A DNA stretch of 64,000 nt from Bacteroidales bacterium (GTDB lineage: Bacteria > Bacteroidota > Bacteroidia > Bacteroidales > JBDKHP01). Made by a program: the position numbers and the translations under genes. How positions within the stretch are numbered: the stretch's first letter is position 1; each line of letters opens with the position of its first letter. Below the pieces are notes generated by a model, which was not told where the DNA came from, ran no database searches, and was given only the letters and a program-made list of their open reading frames with translations. Of this stretch, positions 11,082 to 21,277 are shown piece after piece. The stretch lies in the NCBI GenBank assembly GCA_965230435.1, contig CBDDLB010000002.1, forward strand, positions 598,706 to 662,705, written 5' to 3'.

Positions 11082-12223
11082 AAAAAAACCGACCTGTCAT
11101 TTTAATCGTTGATGATACCCTCTCCTCGAGAGAAACGGTTGGCGATCTTCTATCTATAGAAGACTACCAATTATTATTTGCCGAAAACGGCCAACAAGGG
11201 CTAGACACAGCCCAAGAACATTTGCCCGACCTTATCCTGCTCGATGTTATGATGCCCGGCATGGATGGTTTTGAAGTCTGCGCCCGAATACGCCAATTCC
11301 CCCCCCTATCTGAAGTCCCCATTATTATGATTACCGCACTTGACGACAGGGAGTCTATGATAGAAGGAATTAATGCGGGGGCAGATGATTTTATCTCAAA
11401 ACCATTCGACCGACATCTTCTAAGGCTCCGCATACGCACAATCATAAAACTGAACCGTTTTGGCAAACTTGCTCAGGAACGTCACGAAAAAGAAGAAACC
11501 CAACGCTTCCTTGAAAAAGAAAAAGAGCTTAACGAACTGAAGTCGCGTTTTATTTCCATGGTATCACATGAATTCAGGACGCCACTGGCAGCAATCAAGT
11601 TCGCGGCCAGCTTCATGCTTAGGTATAGGGAAAAATTAGATATCGCAAAACGTGAACAGAAGCTAACAAAGATTATTTCTCAGGTGGACCACATGGTAGA
11701 CATGCTCAACGATGTTCTTACCATTGGCCGCACCGAAGCTGGCAAAACAAAAGTTAAACTCAAAACAGTACCATTCAACGAATTTATTCTCCCTATAATA
11801 GAAGATGTTTCGCAGGCCTTTACCAACAGCCACCACATCGATTACCAGCCCGTACCAGACAACTGCCTTGTGGATATTGATGAAAAAATAGCCATAAAGC
11901 TTTTCAATAACCTGCTCAGCAATGCAATTAAATTCTCTCCCAAAGCAGACAAAGTTGAATTCAAGACCAAAATAACAGATGGCAAACTTCATATTGAAAT
12001 CAGAGACTACGGTATCGGCATACCAAGCGAAGATCTGAAACACCTATTCGACCCTTTTCACCGAGGTACAAACGTAGAGGGTATACCAGGGACAGGACTT
12101 GGTTTAAAGATCGTAAAAGACGCAGTAGAGATTCACGATGGGGAAATATCCATAGAAAGCAAAGAAAATGAAGGTTCTACATTCTTTATTAAATTGAAAT
12201 GCAAAAACACGGTAGCCTCTTAG
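11078..12223 (+). CDS. REC-first hybrid histidine kinase (receiver + HisKA + HATPase_c)
   Basis: Its ATG overlaps the upstream stop (ATGA at 11078-11081). Motifs are ILIVDD...DLILLDVMMPGMDGFE, H-box HEFRTPLAAI, and NLLSNAIKFSP...GTGLGLKIV. Confidence 0.88.
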   Translation: MKKNRPVILIVDDTLSSRETVGDLLSIEDYQLLFAENGQQGLDTAQEHLPDLILLDVMMPGMDGFEVCARIRQFPPLSEVPIIMITALDDRESMIEGINAGADDFISKPFDRHLLRLRIRTIIKLNRFGKLAQERHEKEETQRFLEKEKELNELKSRFISMVSHEFRTPLAAIKFAASFMLRYREKLDIAKREQKLTKIISQVDHMVDMLNDVLTIGRTEAGKTKVKLKTVPFNEFILPIIEDVSQAFTNSHHIDYQPVPDNCLVDIDEKIAIKLFNNLLSNAIKFSPKADKVEFKTKITDGKLHIEIRDYGIGIPSEDLKHLFDPFHRGTNVEGIPGTGLGLKIVKDAVEIHDGEISIESKENEGSTFFIKLKCKNTVAS

Positions 12224-12412
12224 GAATTGGTCAAGATTATTGTCTCACATATGCAATCGCAGATTTTATACTTTAGCGAACTGGAAAACAAAATATGCAA
12301 AGTTTAGAGTAACAATATGAACTTGACAGTCTACTTAGTACAATAACAGTAAATAATAGTATAAAATCTAAAATATGATGTAAATTAGCCTTTACACATA
12401 AACTTACTTCGG

Positions 12413-13261
12413 ATGAGCGTTACGGGCAAACATGCCTTTTTTACAGGAGCAACTTCAGGGATTGGAAAAGCTGCCGCTATGGAGTTAGCCAACAGAGGAT
12501 TTTTAGTAATAGCAACTTATCGGGACGAGGCTAAAGCCCAACGACTTCTGGTCGATTTCAAAAAAAAGCATTCATCTGCCAAAGGTTCCATAGAACTGCT
12601 CCCATGCGATCTGTCATCGCTGGAATCAATAAATCAGGCCAGCTCTACGTACAAAGAGAAATACTCTAAGCTAGATCTTCTGATAAACAACGCTGGTGTT
12701 TGGCACGATAAACGCACCAAAAGTCAAGATGGTATTGAAAACACTTTTGCTGTAAACCTTTTGGCCCCAGTCTTGATTACTTCAAAGCTATCTTCTATGC
12801 TAGAAAAAGCATCCGATCCACGCATTATATTTACAGCGTCCAAACTGCATCAGGGCGAAATCAATTTCAAAGACATAGAACTGCAAAAAAGTAAGTATAC
12901 AGGAACGAATGCCTATCGGCAATCGAAGCTCGCCCTAATCCTATATTCTAGATTCTTAGCAAAAAAGCTTGAGAATACCCCTATAGAAGTATATGTCAAT
13001 CATCCAGGATTAGTTTCTACAGAACTAGGAAGAGATTCGGATTTTGCTTCCAAACTCGTTTCTAAGATCGCAGGTAAATCTCCACTAAAAGGAGCACAAA
13101 CACTTGTTTTTTTGGCTACAGCAGGAAAAAGTCACTTAACAACAGGAGGGTATTACGAGAACAAAAAAGCAGCACAAACTTCTGAAGAAGCCCACAACCT
13201 TGACACAGCCAGCAAATTATTCAAACTATCGCAAGAGTATCTGAAAAAATATTTGCCATAG
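12413..13261 (+). CDS. SDR-family oxidoreductase
   Basis: Classical SDR signatures are present: TGATSGIGKAAA (TGxxxGxG), NNAG and YRQSK (YxxxK). Confidence 0.85.
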   Translation: MSVTGKHAFFTGATSGIGKAAAMELANRGFLVIATYRDEAKAQRLLVDFKKKHSSAKGSIELLPCDLSSLESINQASSTYKEKYSKLDLLINNAGVWHDKRTKSQDGIENTFAVNLLAPVLITSKLSSMLEKASDPRIIFTASKLHQGEINFKDIELQKSKYTGTNAYRQSKLALILYSRFLAKKLENTPIEVYVNHPGLVSTELGRDSDFASKLVSKIAGKSPLKGAQTLVFLATAGKSHLTTGGYYENKKAAQTSEEAHNLDTASKLFKLSQEYLKKYLP

Positions 13262-13273
13262 TGCCAATAAAAC

Positions 13274-13312
13274 TTTCCAAAAGCTTCTTATCACAAAAAA
13301 AGCTTTTGGAAA
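13274..13312. terminator. Bidirectional hairpin between convergent genes
   Basis: A 13-bp perfect stem TTTCCAAAAGCTT (13274-13286) / AAGCTTTTGGAAA (13300-13312) lies between the SDR stop (13261) and the rlmD stop (13327). The flanks are A/T-rich. Confidence 0.55.
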
Positions 13313-13326
13313 ATTTTACAACGTAG

Positions 13327-14748
13327 CTACAGATTACGCTCCAGAAGCACAACATTCTCAACGTGATGCGTATGCGGGAACATATCCACAGGCTGCAACT
13401 TGGTTACATGATACCTCTCGCTGAGCAACTCAACGTCACGTGCCTGAGTTGCAGGATTACAGCTCACGTACACAATCCGCTGCGGATCGGCAAAAAACAG
13501 TGTATCCACAACATCCTTATGAATTCCAGCACGCGGCGGATCCAAGATAATCACCTCTGCCCTACCGTTCTGCTCAATAAACTCATTGGTAAAAATATCC
13601 TTCATGTCTCCAGCAAAGAAAGCCGTGTTCTGGATACCGTTCAGATCCGAATTTACCTTAGCATCCTCAATCGCCTCTGGAACATACTCCACACCTATCA
13701 CTTTCTTTGCCTTCTTCGCAACAAAATTAGCTATCGTTCCCGTTCCGGTATATAAATCGTAAACAGTTTCCTCGCCTGTCAACTGCGCATAGTCGCGTGT
13801 TATTTTATACAGCTCGTAAGCCTGCTCCGAATTGGTCTGATAAAAAGACTTTGGCCCCACCTTAAACTTCAGCCCTTCCATCTGCTCAATTATATGATCC
13901 TTGCCATGGAACAGATGCACATCAAGATCATGAATGCTGTCATTCAACTTTGTGTTCACCACATACATCAAAGAACTGATCTCTGGAAAGGTATCACGGA
14001 AATGCGTCAACAACCCATTAATATCCTCCTTGTCGTCCGAATTAAAAATCGGAATCACCATCAGTTCCCCTGTCGATGCCGTACGGATAATCAGATTCCG
14101 TAAAAACCCCTCGTGCGTACGTGCGTTATGGAAACTCAATCCCTTCTCCGTAGCATAAGCCCGCGCCGCTAAGCGGATCGCATTTGACGGATCAGTCTGG
14201 AGGTGGCACTTGTGTATATCAATAATCTTATCGAAACGCTTTGGAACGTGAAAACCCAGTGCATTCCAGTCCGTGATTTCCTCCTCCGCATCCAGCTCCT
14301 CTTTCGTAAACCAGCGGTTGCTCGAAAACGTGAACTCTAGTTTATTCCTGTAAAACTCCGTTTTCTCGCATGCAAGAATTGGCTTCACCTTAGCATCTGC
14401 AAAATCAACCTTACCAATGCGTTCGAAATTGTCGATCACCTGCTTGTTTTTGTAGAACAACTGACGCTCATACGGCAACATCTGCCATTTGCAACCACCA
14501 CATGCACCGAAATGCTCACAGAACGCCTCGGAGCGCTCGTCCGAATAGCGCACAAACCTCACAGGAGAACCCTCCGCAAAGTTTTTCTTTTTCTTTGTCA
14601 GCTGCACATCCACAACATCGCCCGGAATGGCATTGCTCACAAACACCACCATATCCTCGTACTTCGCGATCGCTTTCCCCTCAGCTGCCACGTCTATTAT
14701 CTCAAGTTGTTCCAATACAGGAAGCTTCTTTCTAGGTCTTCGTCCCAT
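13327..14748 (-). CDS. rlmD: 23S rRNA (uracil-C5)-methyltransferase, RlmD/RumA family
   Basis: ORF 13327..14775. The probable start is MGRRPRKK at 14748. It has a TRAM-like N-terminus, an Fe-S Cys cluster CEHFGACGGCKWQ, and SAM-MTase motifs DLYTGTGTI and ILDPPRAG. Confidence 0.88.
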   Translation of the reverse strand: MGRRPRKKLPVLEQLEIIDVAAEGKAIAKYEDMVVFVSNAIPGDVVDVQLTKKKKNFAEGSPVRFVRYSDERSEAFCEHFGACGGCKWQMLPYERQLFYKNKQVIDNFERIGKVDFADAKVKPILACEKTEFYRNKLEFTFSSNRWFTKEELDAEEEITDWNALGFHVPKRFDKIIDIHKCHLQTDPSNAIRLAARAYATEKGLSFHNARTHEGFLRNLIIRTASTGELMVIPIFNSDDKEDINGLLTHFRDTFPEISSLMYVVNTKLNDSIHDLDVHLFHGKDHIIEQMEGLKFKVGPKSFYQTNSEQAYELYKITRDYAQLTGEETVYDLYTGTGTIANFVAKKAKKVIGVEYVPEAIEDAKVNSDLNGIQNTAFFAGDMKDIFTNEFIEQNGRAEVIILDPPRAGIHKDVVDTLFFADPQRIVYVSCNPATQARDVELLSERYHVTKLQPVDMFPHTHHVENVVLLERNL

Positions 14749-14920
14749 TTTAAAAAATTTAAAGCAAGGCCGCAAAGTTATCTAGATAATATAGACCAAC
14801 AGCCCCAGATCTTATTTTCGGCAAAAATAGACAAAGATTGGAGGAATTATAATTATTGTGGATTATAAATTATGAATTCCGCCAAACTGCAACATATCAA
14901 ACCCAATTTATAATTGAATA

Positions 14921-15215
14921 AGGGGGCGACTTCTCCTCATTCACAAACGGGCTGCGCGCCTTTAATTGCAAGTCCTCATCCTACGAGCTTTTGGCTATTA
15001 TTGCACAGCACCTCATTCTACAGCATCGCTTTTTACTAAATCAGGTGTTTTGAAGAAGGATAAAGTTGGATGATTATATTATTTCCAATTCCCACTAAGG
15101 TCTATAGCATATCAAAGAAAACAATTATTCATTCCACTGCGAACAACAAAACTCTCACGTACGAAAAGTACGCTACGGTTTATTTTCTGAAACTTACGCA
15201 AACTACGCAGTAACA
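14921..15215 (+). repeat. Copy 2 of the degenerate composite repeat (a-part ~14921-14995, b-part 15114-15215)
   Basis: The b-part ATTCCACTGCGAACAACAAAACTCTCACGTACGAAAAGTACGCTACGG matches the 3566-3655 consensus (TTCCACTGCG..CTCACGTAC-loop-GTACGCTNCGG). The a-part GCCTTTAATTGCAAGTCCTCATCCTACGAGC resembles 38840-38872. Confidence 0.45.
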
Positions 15216-15312
15216 GACTTATAGATAGAGATATGAATCCCTATAAAGAAAAGACCAACCTGCGATGAATCGTGTAGCGATGATACCTGTACTAGTACCA
15301 TGTTAGCGTTTT

Positions 15313-16824
15313 TTATGCGTATTCATTTGTTTTTTCTATTCGGAACACATTGGTTTTAATTATTGCTTTTATCAAGATGTCAATCACAGGGACTGATACA
15401 CTGTTCCCAATAAGTTTCATCCATCGGGCACGATTTTCAGGAAGTATAAAATCAGCGGGGAAACCTTGAATTTGGCACGCTTCGTTTTTTGTTATTTTTC
15501 TATATTTCTGCGGCTTATATATTTCTGACAAAAATTTCTCTTTGTACTCTTTAGGTGTGCCGGCCTGTAATTGTTCCAGAGTAATATAGTCGTTTGTATC
15601 ACTTGCAACGAGAGTAGGGAAAATATCTGAAGTTGGAAGAAATACTCTGTTCACACCTTTTAATCCTGTACTAATTTTCGTGTTTTTAAAATCATATCGA
15701 ATTTCAGCACATTCAACAATGTGTTTTTCTTTTAATAATTCTATTGTTTTTATAATCGGTATTCGCTTAACTTTTAAAGAACGATTTGTTTTTAAATCAT
15801 CAATGATTATTTTTCCTTCTGTACAATGTGATAATAATTCTTTTTCATTACCTGATAGCTGGTTATCTGTTTCTTTCCCTGAATCAACACGAAAAACATA
15901 TTCTTCTGCTTTTAAAATTTCCAACTCAACTAATTCATCAATTTCTTTCTGTTTTATTGTTTTGTCTAATTCTTGGAAATGTCTTATCGCCAATGGATTT
16001 CCATCAAGTTTTCCATAAGCGCTTTTTCTGCGGTTTCTTAGTAGTAATAAGCAAATTTCCTTTTGCCGTTCAGTTGTATCAATAATATCCCATGAATGAA
16101 TAGTTGTTTCTCCATTCCTTAAATCATTGAATAAGAAGTAATCATTAAAACCATTACTACTTGACAAACTCATTGACCTTGTTTGAATCACGTTGCCAAA
16201 CAAATCACGTTGTTCGCTTGCATTGTTTTTAATTTCATATAACTCTACACCCAATATGTCATTTAGTTTGACCTTTTTTTCAATAGGTTCTGGTAATTGA
16301 AACCTATCGTACTGCTCCTTTTCTTTAAACCCTATAATGTAAACCCTGACCCGATTTTGTGGCACACCGTAATCATAAGAGTTTATTACATAATATTTAG
16401 CGTAATAACCTGCCTGCTGTATTCTATCCAAAATATATTGCAACGCCCCTTGGTTTCTCGGGTCTACAAGACCTTTTACATTTTCAAAAATAAATGCCTT
16501 TGGCTTTGACTGCTGCAACAGAAAAATGGTATCGTTCCACAATTGTCCCCTGTCGTCATCGAATCCAAGGTTTCTTCCTGCAATAGACCAACTTTGACAA
16601 GGTACTCCTGCTGTTAAAATATCATGCTGAGGAAGTGCTTCAACCTTTTTAATGTCTCCAAAGTTTTCTGAATGTGATATTTTATAATTGTCGCAATAAG
16701 CGTTGATTGCGTCTTTATTAATTTCACTAAATCCCAGACACTTTCCGCCATTGTTGCTCAAAGCCATTTTGAACCCTCCAATACCTGCAAAAAGGTCAAT
16801 AAATGTAAATTCTGTTTTTGTCAT
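15313..16824 (-). CDS. DNA (cytosine-5)-methyltransferase with an unusually long target-recognition region
   Basis: Motif I is FIDLFAGIGGF, motif IV GVPCQSWS, motif VI FIFENVKGL, motif VIII QNRVRVYIIG and motif X GNSVSVPV. About 300 aa separate motifs VIII and X. Confidence 0.9.
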   Translation of the reverse strand: MTKTEFTFIDLFAGIGGFKMALSNNGGKCLGFSEINKDAINAYCDNYKISHSENFGDIKKVEALPQHDILTAGVPCQSWSIAGRNLGFDDDRGQLWNDTIFLLQQSKPKAFIFENVKGLVDPRNQGALQYILDRIQQAGYYAKYYVINSYDYGVPQNRVRVYIIGFKEKEQYDRFQLPEPIEKKVKLNDILGVELYEIKNNASEQRDLFGNVIQTRSMSLSSSNGFNDYFLFNDLRNGETTIHSWDIIDTTERQKEICLLLLRNRRKSAYGKLDGNPLAIRHFQELDKTIKQKEIDELVELEILKAEEYVFRVDSGKETDNQLSGNEKELLSHCTEGKIIIDDLKTNRSLKVKRIPIIKTIELLKEKHIVECAEIRYDFKNTKISTGLKGVNRVFLPTSDIFPTLVASDTNDYITLEQLQAGTPKEYKEKFLSEIYKPQKYRKITKNEACQIQGFPADFILPENRARWMKLIGNSVSVPVIDILIKAIIKTNVFRIEKTNEYA

Positions 16825-16836
16825 CTAAATTTTCCC

Positions 16837-17676
16837 TTACTTCAAAACACCATCATTAAAATCATCAGGCAGCGGAATACCCAAAAATTCTGTGTAAATT
16901 CTTTCACGATAATCTTTCCCCAGTTTATTTATCTCGTAAATGAAATTGCTGTAAGTACCTTTACCTCCAATTAAGTCCCAAAATTCATTTCCAATCAAAA
17001 CCGACTCATCCTCGTGCATATTAAACCAACGCATAGGGAAGCTCCAACTATAGTCAGTCTTTTTTCCATAAGGATTGTAAGGCAGGGCATAATATGCAGC
17101 ATCAACCGTATTGGTTTCCATAGCCAACAACTTGAAGAGTTTTTCTTTGCTTACTTTCGTCTGGTCACTGTTGGGCAAAGGCCCCTTAAGCTCAAATGCG
17201 TATTTCTTATTATCTGTTTTGCTTTCAATAAAAATGTCACAGACAACACTTACAGGTATCAACTCTCCGCCTCCGGCTTTTATGTATTCAAGTTCTGTTT
17301 TCCAATCGGGTTTGATTTTGTTTTTTCCTTTGCTGTGTTCCAATTTGTTCAATACTTCCTGTATTCTTCTTAGGCTCTCTTTCCCAACAGTGCCGTTAAC
17401 AGTGTGTCCCATCTTACAGTCGCCGTGGGCTTCGTTTGCAACAACCATAGCTAGCTTTTCCCAAACTTTACCAAATGGCGTTACAAACCTACGTTCAAAA
17501 TGAGAACCTTTAAATATTTCATCAGGAACCAGTGCTGCATACAAAGGCTTACTTGAATGATGCTTTTCTTTTATGAATGGATCGGAAATCAACACCCTAT
17601 CCATCACTCGCTCCATCATTTCTGTGACAACACTTTTTATGGCATCTGCAATTCTATTTTCTTTGTTATCCTTCAT
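16837..17676 (-). CDS. Putative type II restriction endonuclease (PD-ExK fold), partner of the adjacent m5C MTase
   Basis: It lies 12 bp upstream of the MTase on the same strand. A candidate catalytic motif is VVCDIFIE...YAFELKG (D...E-x-K). It possibly resembles the TdeIII-like family, but I cannot verify that. Confidence 0.55.
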   Translation of the reverse strand: MKDNKENRIADAIKSVVTEMMERVMDRVLISDPFIKEKHHSSKPLYAALVPDEIFKGSHFERRFVTPFGKVWEKLAMVVANEAHGDCKMGHTVNGTVGKESLRRIQEVLNKLEHSKGKNKIKPDWKTELEYIKAGGGELIPVSVVCDIFIESKTDNKKYAFELKGPLPNSDQTKVSKEKLFKLLAMETNTVDAAYYALPYNPYGKKTDYSWSFPMRWFNMHEDESVLIGNEFWDLIGGKGTYSNFIYEINKLGKDYRERIYTEFLGIPLPDDFNDGVLK

Positions 17677-17936
17677 CCAATGCTAAATCTATAATATTCT
17701 TCAAACTGCGAAATTACGAATTTGATTTATCTATCAGAATCTATCCAGCATTATATGTCTCGTTATAATTAACACTAGGTAACTTCCTCAGCTAGGGTAA
17801 GCTCTGAAAGGTCGATACATTTTCTGAAAAATTTGTTCCGCTCCCCAGAGCTTCAGCAAACATACGGCAAATACGTAGGGTGTTGTACAATATTACTTTG
17901 TATCAGGATTTTAGGTTATAAAAAAAAGAATTTTAC

Positions 17937-18110
17937 AGCCATGCCGCCAATCAAGCCTACCTTCCGTTTGATAAATCGCAGAAAGCTTTCGGACACGTTC
18001 AACGGCTCGCTGCAAGTTATAGAGGATTAATATTCAAATAAAATAGCATTTTTACGTTTTGGAATCGTAATCGTTTCAAATAGAACGACACAGCTACATT
18101 GAACTGACTA
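17937..18110 (+). repeat. Possible copy 3 of the degenerate composite repeat (weak)
   Basis: GCCATGCCG..CCTTCCGTTTG..CGCTGCAAG parallels GCCATTCCG..CCTTCGTTCTG..CGCTGCAAG at 3412-3490. ATCGTTTCAAAT...ATTGAACT parallels GTCGTCCAAAT...ATTGAACT of the b-part. Confidence 0.3.
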
Positions 18111-18179
18111 TTAATCAATAACTTACCACTAAAAGGCGACGCTGATTGGGACAGGCACCAGCGCCCGTCTCACAAAAAA

Positions 18180-20084
18180 TTACCTACGTCTACGCTTATT
18201 ATGTGGTTTGAATTTCTTTTTGTTCTCAGAAGGTGCTGATTTTGATCCTCCGAACAGACGTTCCATTAGATCGCCACGACCAATTTTTTGCAAATCCAGC
18301 TCAATCTCGCGGCGATGTTCTTTCTGTTGCCAGAAGAAGAATTTGCGCTGGGCGAGTTTGTCCTTTTTGTTCCGAGGCGTGAAAACTGGCTTGAGCGTGT
18401 ATGGGTGTACGCCTGAGTAATAGATTACGGTGGCTACGGTCATCGGTGTGGGCGTGAGATCCTGCACTTGCTCAAGGTTGAAGCCCAATTCCTTGGTTTC
18501 GACAGCAAGCTCGGCCATAGCCTCGTTGGAGCTGCCCGGGTGGCTGGATATGAAGTATGGGATGAGCTGCTGGTTCATCCCTGATTCTTTGTTGATGCGA
18601 TCAAACTCACGCTTCATTTTATGAAACAACTTGAACGTTGGTTTGCGCATAATGTGCAGCACCTGATCGGAGGTGTGTTCTGGTGCTACTTTCAGACGGC
18701 CGGAAACGTGGTGTTTGGTGATGGCCGAAAGGTATTCAGAATGGCTTTTGTCCTGCTTCAAAGAACCGTTGTTGTCAAGGAACAGATCGTAACGGATGCC
18801 GCTGCCCACAAAGGCTTTTTTGATCTTCGGGTGCTTACGGATGTCTGCATAAAGATTGAGCATTTGTTTGTGGCTAGTGTCGAGATTCTTGCAAACTTTC
18901 GGATGCAGGCACGATGGGCGGGTGCATTTGTCACAGATGCTTTCATCGATACCTTTCATCTGGTACATGTTGGCCGATGGCCCCCCAACATCAGAAAGGT
19001 AGCCTTTGAACTCTGGATGCTCGGTGATCTGCTCCACCTCTTTCATTATGGACTGGTGCGAACGGCTAATGATCGACTTTCCCTGATGAGCTGAGATTGT
19101 ACAAAAAGCACATCCGCCAAAGCAACCCCGGTGACTGTTCACTGAGAACTTTATCATTTCGTAGGCCGAAATCTGCCCTTTTTTGTCGTAACGCGGGTGT
19201 GGCAAACGTGTGTAAGGAAGGTCGTATGTGAAATCTACCTGCTTTTCAGTCACCTTAGGGTATTGCGGGTTAATGACTACTGTCCGCTTTCCTACTTTTT
19301 GCACCAACCGAGCTGCATATGTTTTATTGGACTCTATTTCTATGTGCTTGAAATTACTAGCATATTTGATCTTGTCCTCAAGGCATTCGTCGTGCGAAGC
19401 GAGTTCTACAGTGTCCCATTTCTTATATGGCTTCAGTTCTTCATCTTCCTCTACAACAAATCCTGTCTGGTAAAGGGTACGAAGGTTGTTTATTGGTACT
19501 CCTTTGCGCATCAGCTTAGCAATCTCACGCATGATGACATCGCCCATTCCATGTACCATTAGATCAGCTCCGCTGTCGATAAGTATTGAGGGCATCAGTC
19601 TGTCGTCCCAATAATCATAGTGTGTGAGCCGCCGAAGTGAAGCTTCAATTCCTCCGATAATAACCGGTGTATCTGGATATAGCTTTTTCAGGATTTGCGA
19701 ATAGGTTATCACAGTACGATCTGGGCGGAAACCTGATTTATTGCCAGGAGTATAGGCATCTGTTGAACGCAAACGGCGGTTGGCCGTATAATGGTTGACC
19801 ATGGAATCCATCGCACCCGCCGTTACTCCAAAGAAAAGGCGTGGCTGCCCCAGTTTCTTGAAGTCACGGAGATCGTCGCGCCAATTCGGTTGCGGAACAA
19901 TGGCTACACGTAGTCCATCAGCTTCCAAAATCCGTCCGATAACTGCAGAACCGAACGAAGGATGATCTACATAAGCATCTCCTGTAAAGAGAATTACGTC
20001 CAGTTCGTCCCAACCTCTCAGTTCTACTTCTTTTTTACTTATGGGTAACCAATTTGTGATGTCCTGCTTCACTTTTGCCTCCAT
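18180..20084 (-). CDS. ygiQ: YgiQ-family radical SAM protein (UPF0313)
   Basis: The N-terminus has LPISKKEVELRGWDELDVILFTGDAYVDHPSFG. The radical SAM cluster is GCFGGCAFC. The basic C-terminal tail and 634-aa length are typical of YgiQ. Confidence 0.88.
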   Translation of the reverse strand: MEAKVKQDITNWLPISKKEVELRGWDELDVILFTGDAYVDHPSFGSAVIGRILEADGLRVAIVPQPNWRDDLRDFKKLGQPRLFFGVTAGAMDSMVNHYTANRRLRSTDAYTPGNKSGFRPDRTVITYSQILKKLYPDTPVIIGGIEASLRRLTHYDYWDDRLMPSILIDSGADLMVHGMGDVIMREIAKLMRKGVPINNLRTLYQTGFVVEEDEELKPYKKWDTVELASHDECLEDKIKYASNFKHIEIESNKTYAARLVQKVGKRTVVINPQYPKVTEKQVDFTYDLPYTRLPHPRYDKKGQISAYEMIKFSVNSHRGCFGGCAFCTISAHQGKSIISRSHQSIMKEVEQITEHPEFKGYLSDVGGPSANMYQMKGIDESICDKCTRPSCLHPKVCKNLDTSHKQMLNLYADIRKHPKIKKAFVGSGIRYDLFLDNNGSLKQDKSHSEYLSAITKHHVSGRLKVAPEHTSDQVLHIMRKPTFKLFHKMKREFDRINKESGMNQQLIPYFISSHPGSSNEAMAELAVETKELGFNLEQVQDLTPTPMTVATVIYYSGVHPYTLKPVFTPRNKKDKLAQRKFFFWQQKEHRREIELDLQKIGRGDLMERLFGGSKSAPSENKKKFKPHNKRRRR

Positions 20085-20225
20085 TTTGTTTAAGAGGGCA
20101 AAAGTAGTGAATATTCTTTGGGATTCGGGAATTATAGGTGATGATTTTAATTGATTGGTTTTGTGAAGGTCTTTTGATGATGCTCAACTTAACTGATAGT
20201 CTAATAATTCTTGAGTCTATAAAAC

Positions 20226-21128
20226 TTAACTTTCGGAAAGTATACGTTCTAATTCTACTTCGGTTACTTGAGCAGCTGTCATTATTATTGACCCCTCAAC
20301 TCCCTGATTATAAAGACGAATCACCATTTCTTTCTTGGCTTTTTCAATGCCCTGTTCAATACCTTGTTTAATGCCCTTTTCAATTCCTCGCGTCATTCCC
20401 TTCTCCATTGCAAGACGGGCTTGTTCAGCAGCATATGTTTTTTCTGTACTCACCGCATCCCAATACTTATCATATACCTCTAACTCCTCAGCGGTAAAGG
20501 CGGATTCGTTTAGTAACTCTAAAGCGCGGCGGATTTCGTTCTGATCAAGAAATTCCTGATCTACCTCCTCCCTTCCATCTTTAATTTCTGTGAGAAAACG
20601 CAACCATAGTACTGTCATCTTTTTTTCTACAATACTTTGCGGACGAAACTTTGGAAGTTCTATGAATACGAACTCTAGGCCATCCAAACGTCGTTCTGAA
20701 TTCTCAACATTGACAATTGAATAATGATGATAGAACTCATCATCATTATCAATAAAAGTATCGTTAACCAGGTTAAGGGCATATACTGGTTGTAGACTGT
20801 CGTAGCGATGTCCTCTATCTAACTGCCTAACATAAGCTTTAGCTGCATTAAACAAAATGCGGTGTTTAAAGCTTGGTGTCCAAAGCATCTGCATTTCTAC
20901 AATAAACTGGCGATCATGATTATCATGACAACGAACATCAACAATTGAATTCTTAAACTCGGGAATTTCGGGAACTAATTCAGCAGGTAGGTACTCAACG
21001 CTTTCGATTATTTGATCCTCATCCAAAGGCATCAATGCATTCAACAAGCTAATCAACAAGTCTGGGTGTTGACCGAATAGCTTTTTGAAAGTCAAGTCGT
21101 TTTTTGGGTCGAGATAGCGCATTGTCAA
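20226..21128 (-). CDS. Rpn-family recombination-promoting nuclease / PD-(D/E)XK putative transposase
   Basis: The N-terminus (MT)MRYLDPKNDLTFKKLFGQHPDLLISLLNALMP is the characteristic Rpn/PDDEXK_2 signature. The C-terminus has repeated GIEKGIKQGIEQGIEK. Confidence 0.8.
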   Translation of the reverse strand: MTMRYLDPKNDLTFKKLFGQHPDLLISLLNALMPLDEDQIIESVEYLPAELVPEIPEFKNSIVDVRCHDNHDRQFIVEMQMLWTPSFKHRILFNAAKAYVRQLDRGHRYDSLQPVYALNLVNDTFIDNDDEFYHHYSIVNVENSERRLDGLEFVFIELPKFRPQSIVEKKMTVLWLRFLTEIKDGREEVDQEFLDQNEIRRALELLNESAFTAEELEVYDKYWDAVSTEKTYAAEQARLAMEKGMTRGIEKGIKQGIEQGIEKAKKEMVIRLYNQGVEGSIIMTAAQVTEVELERILSES

Positions 21129-21277
21129 TTCCTTTATTGTCTGCTAAGGTACGGATTTTAAGATAAAAAGAGAAGCTTAAACCAAGCTGTCCGAATTTTA
21201 TGTCTAAAAGTTTTTGGCCTGATAGGTAAACGATAATAATGAGCATCCCATAATACTAATCTTTGTTCCATAATCGA

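Noticed and set aside
18621-19094. A 157-aa ORF on the + strand, antisense to ygiQ. Many other 60-130-aa track ORFs nested in larger genes fall in the same class.
   Set aside because: All are embedded antisense or out-of-frame in genes with clear family signatures, and none has independent support.
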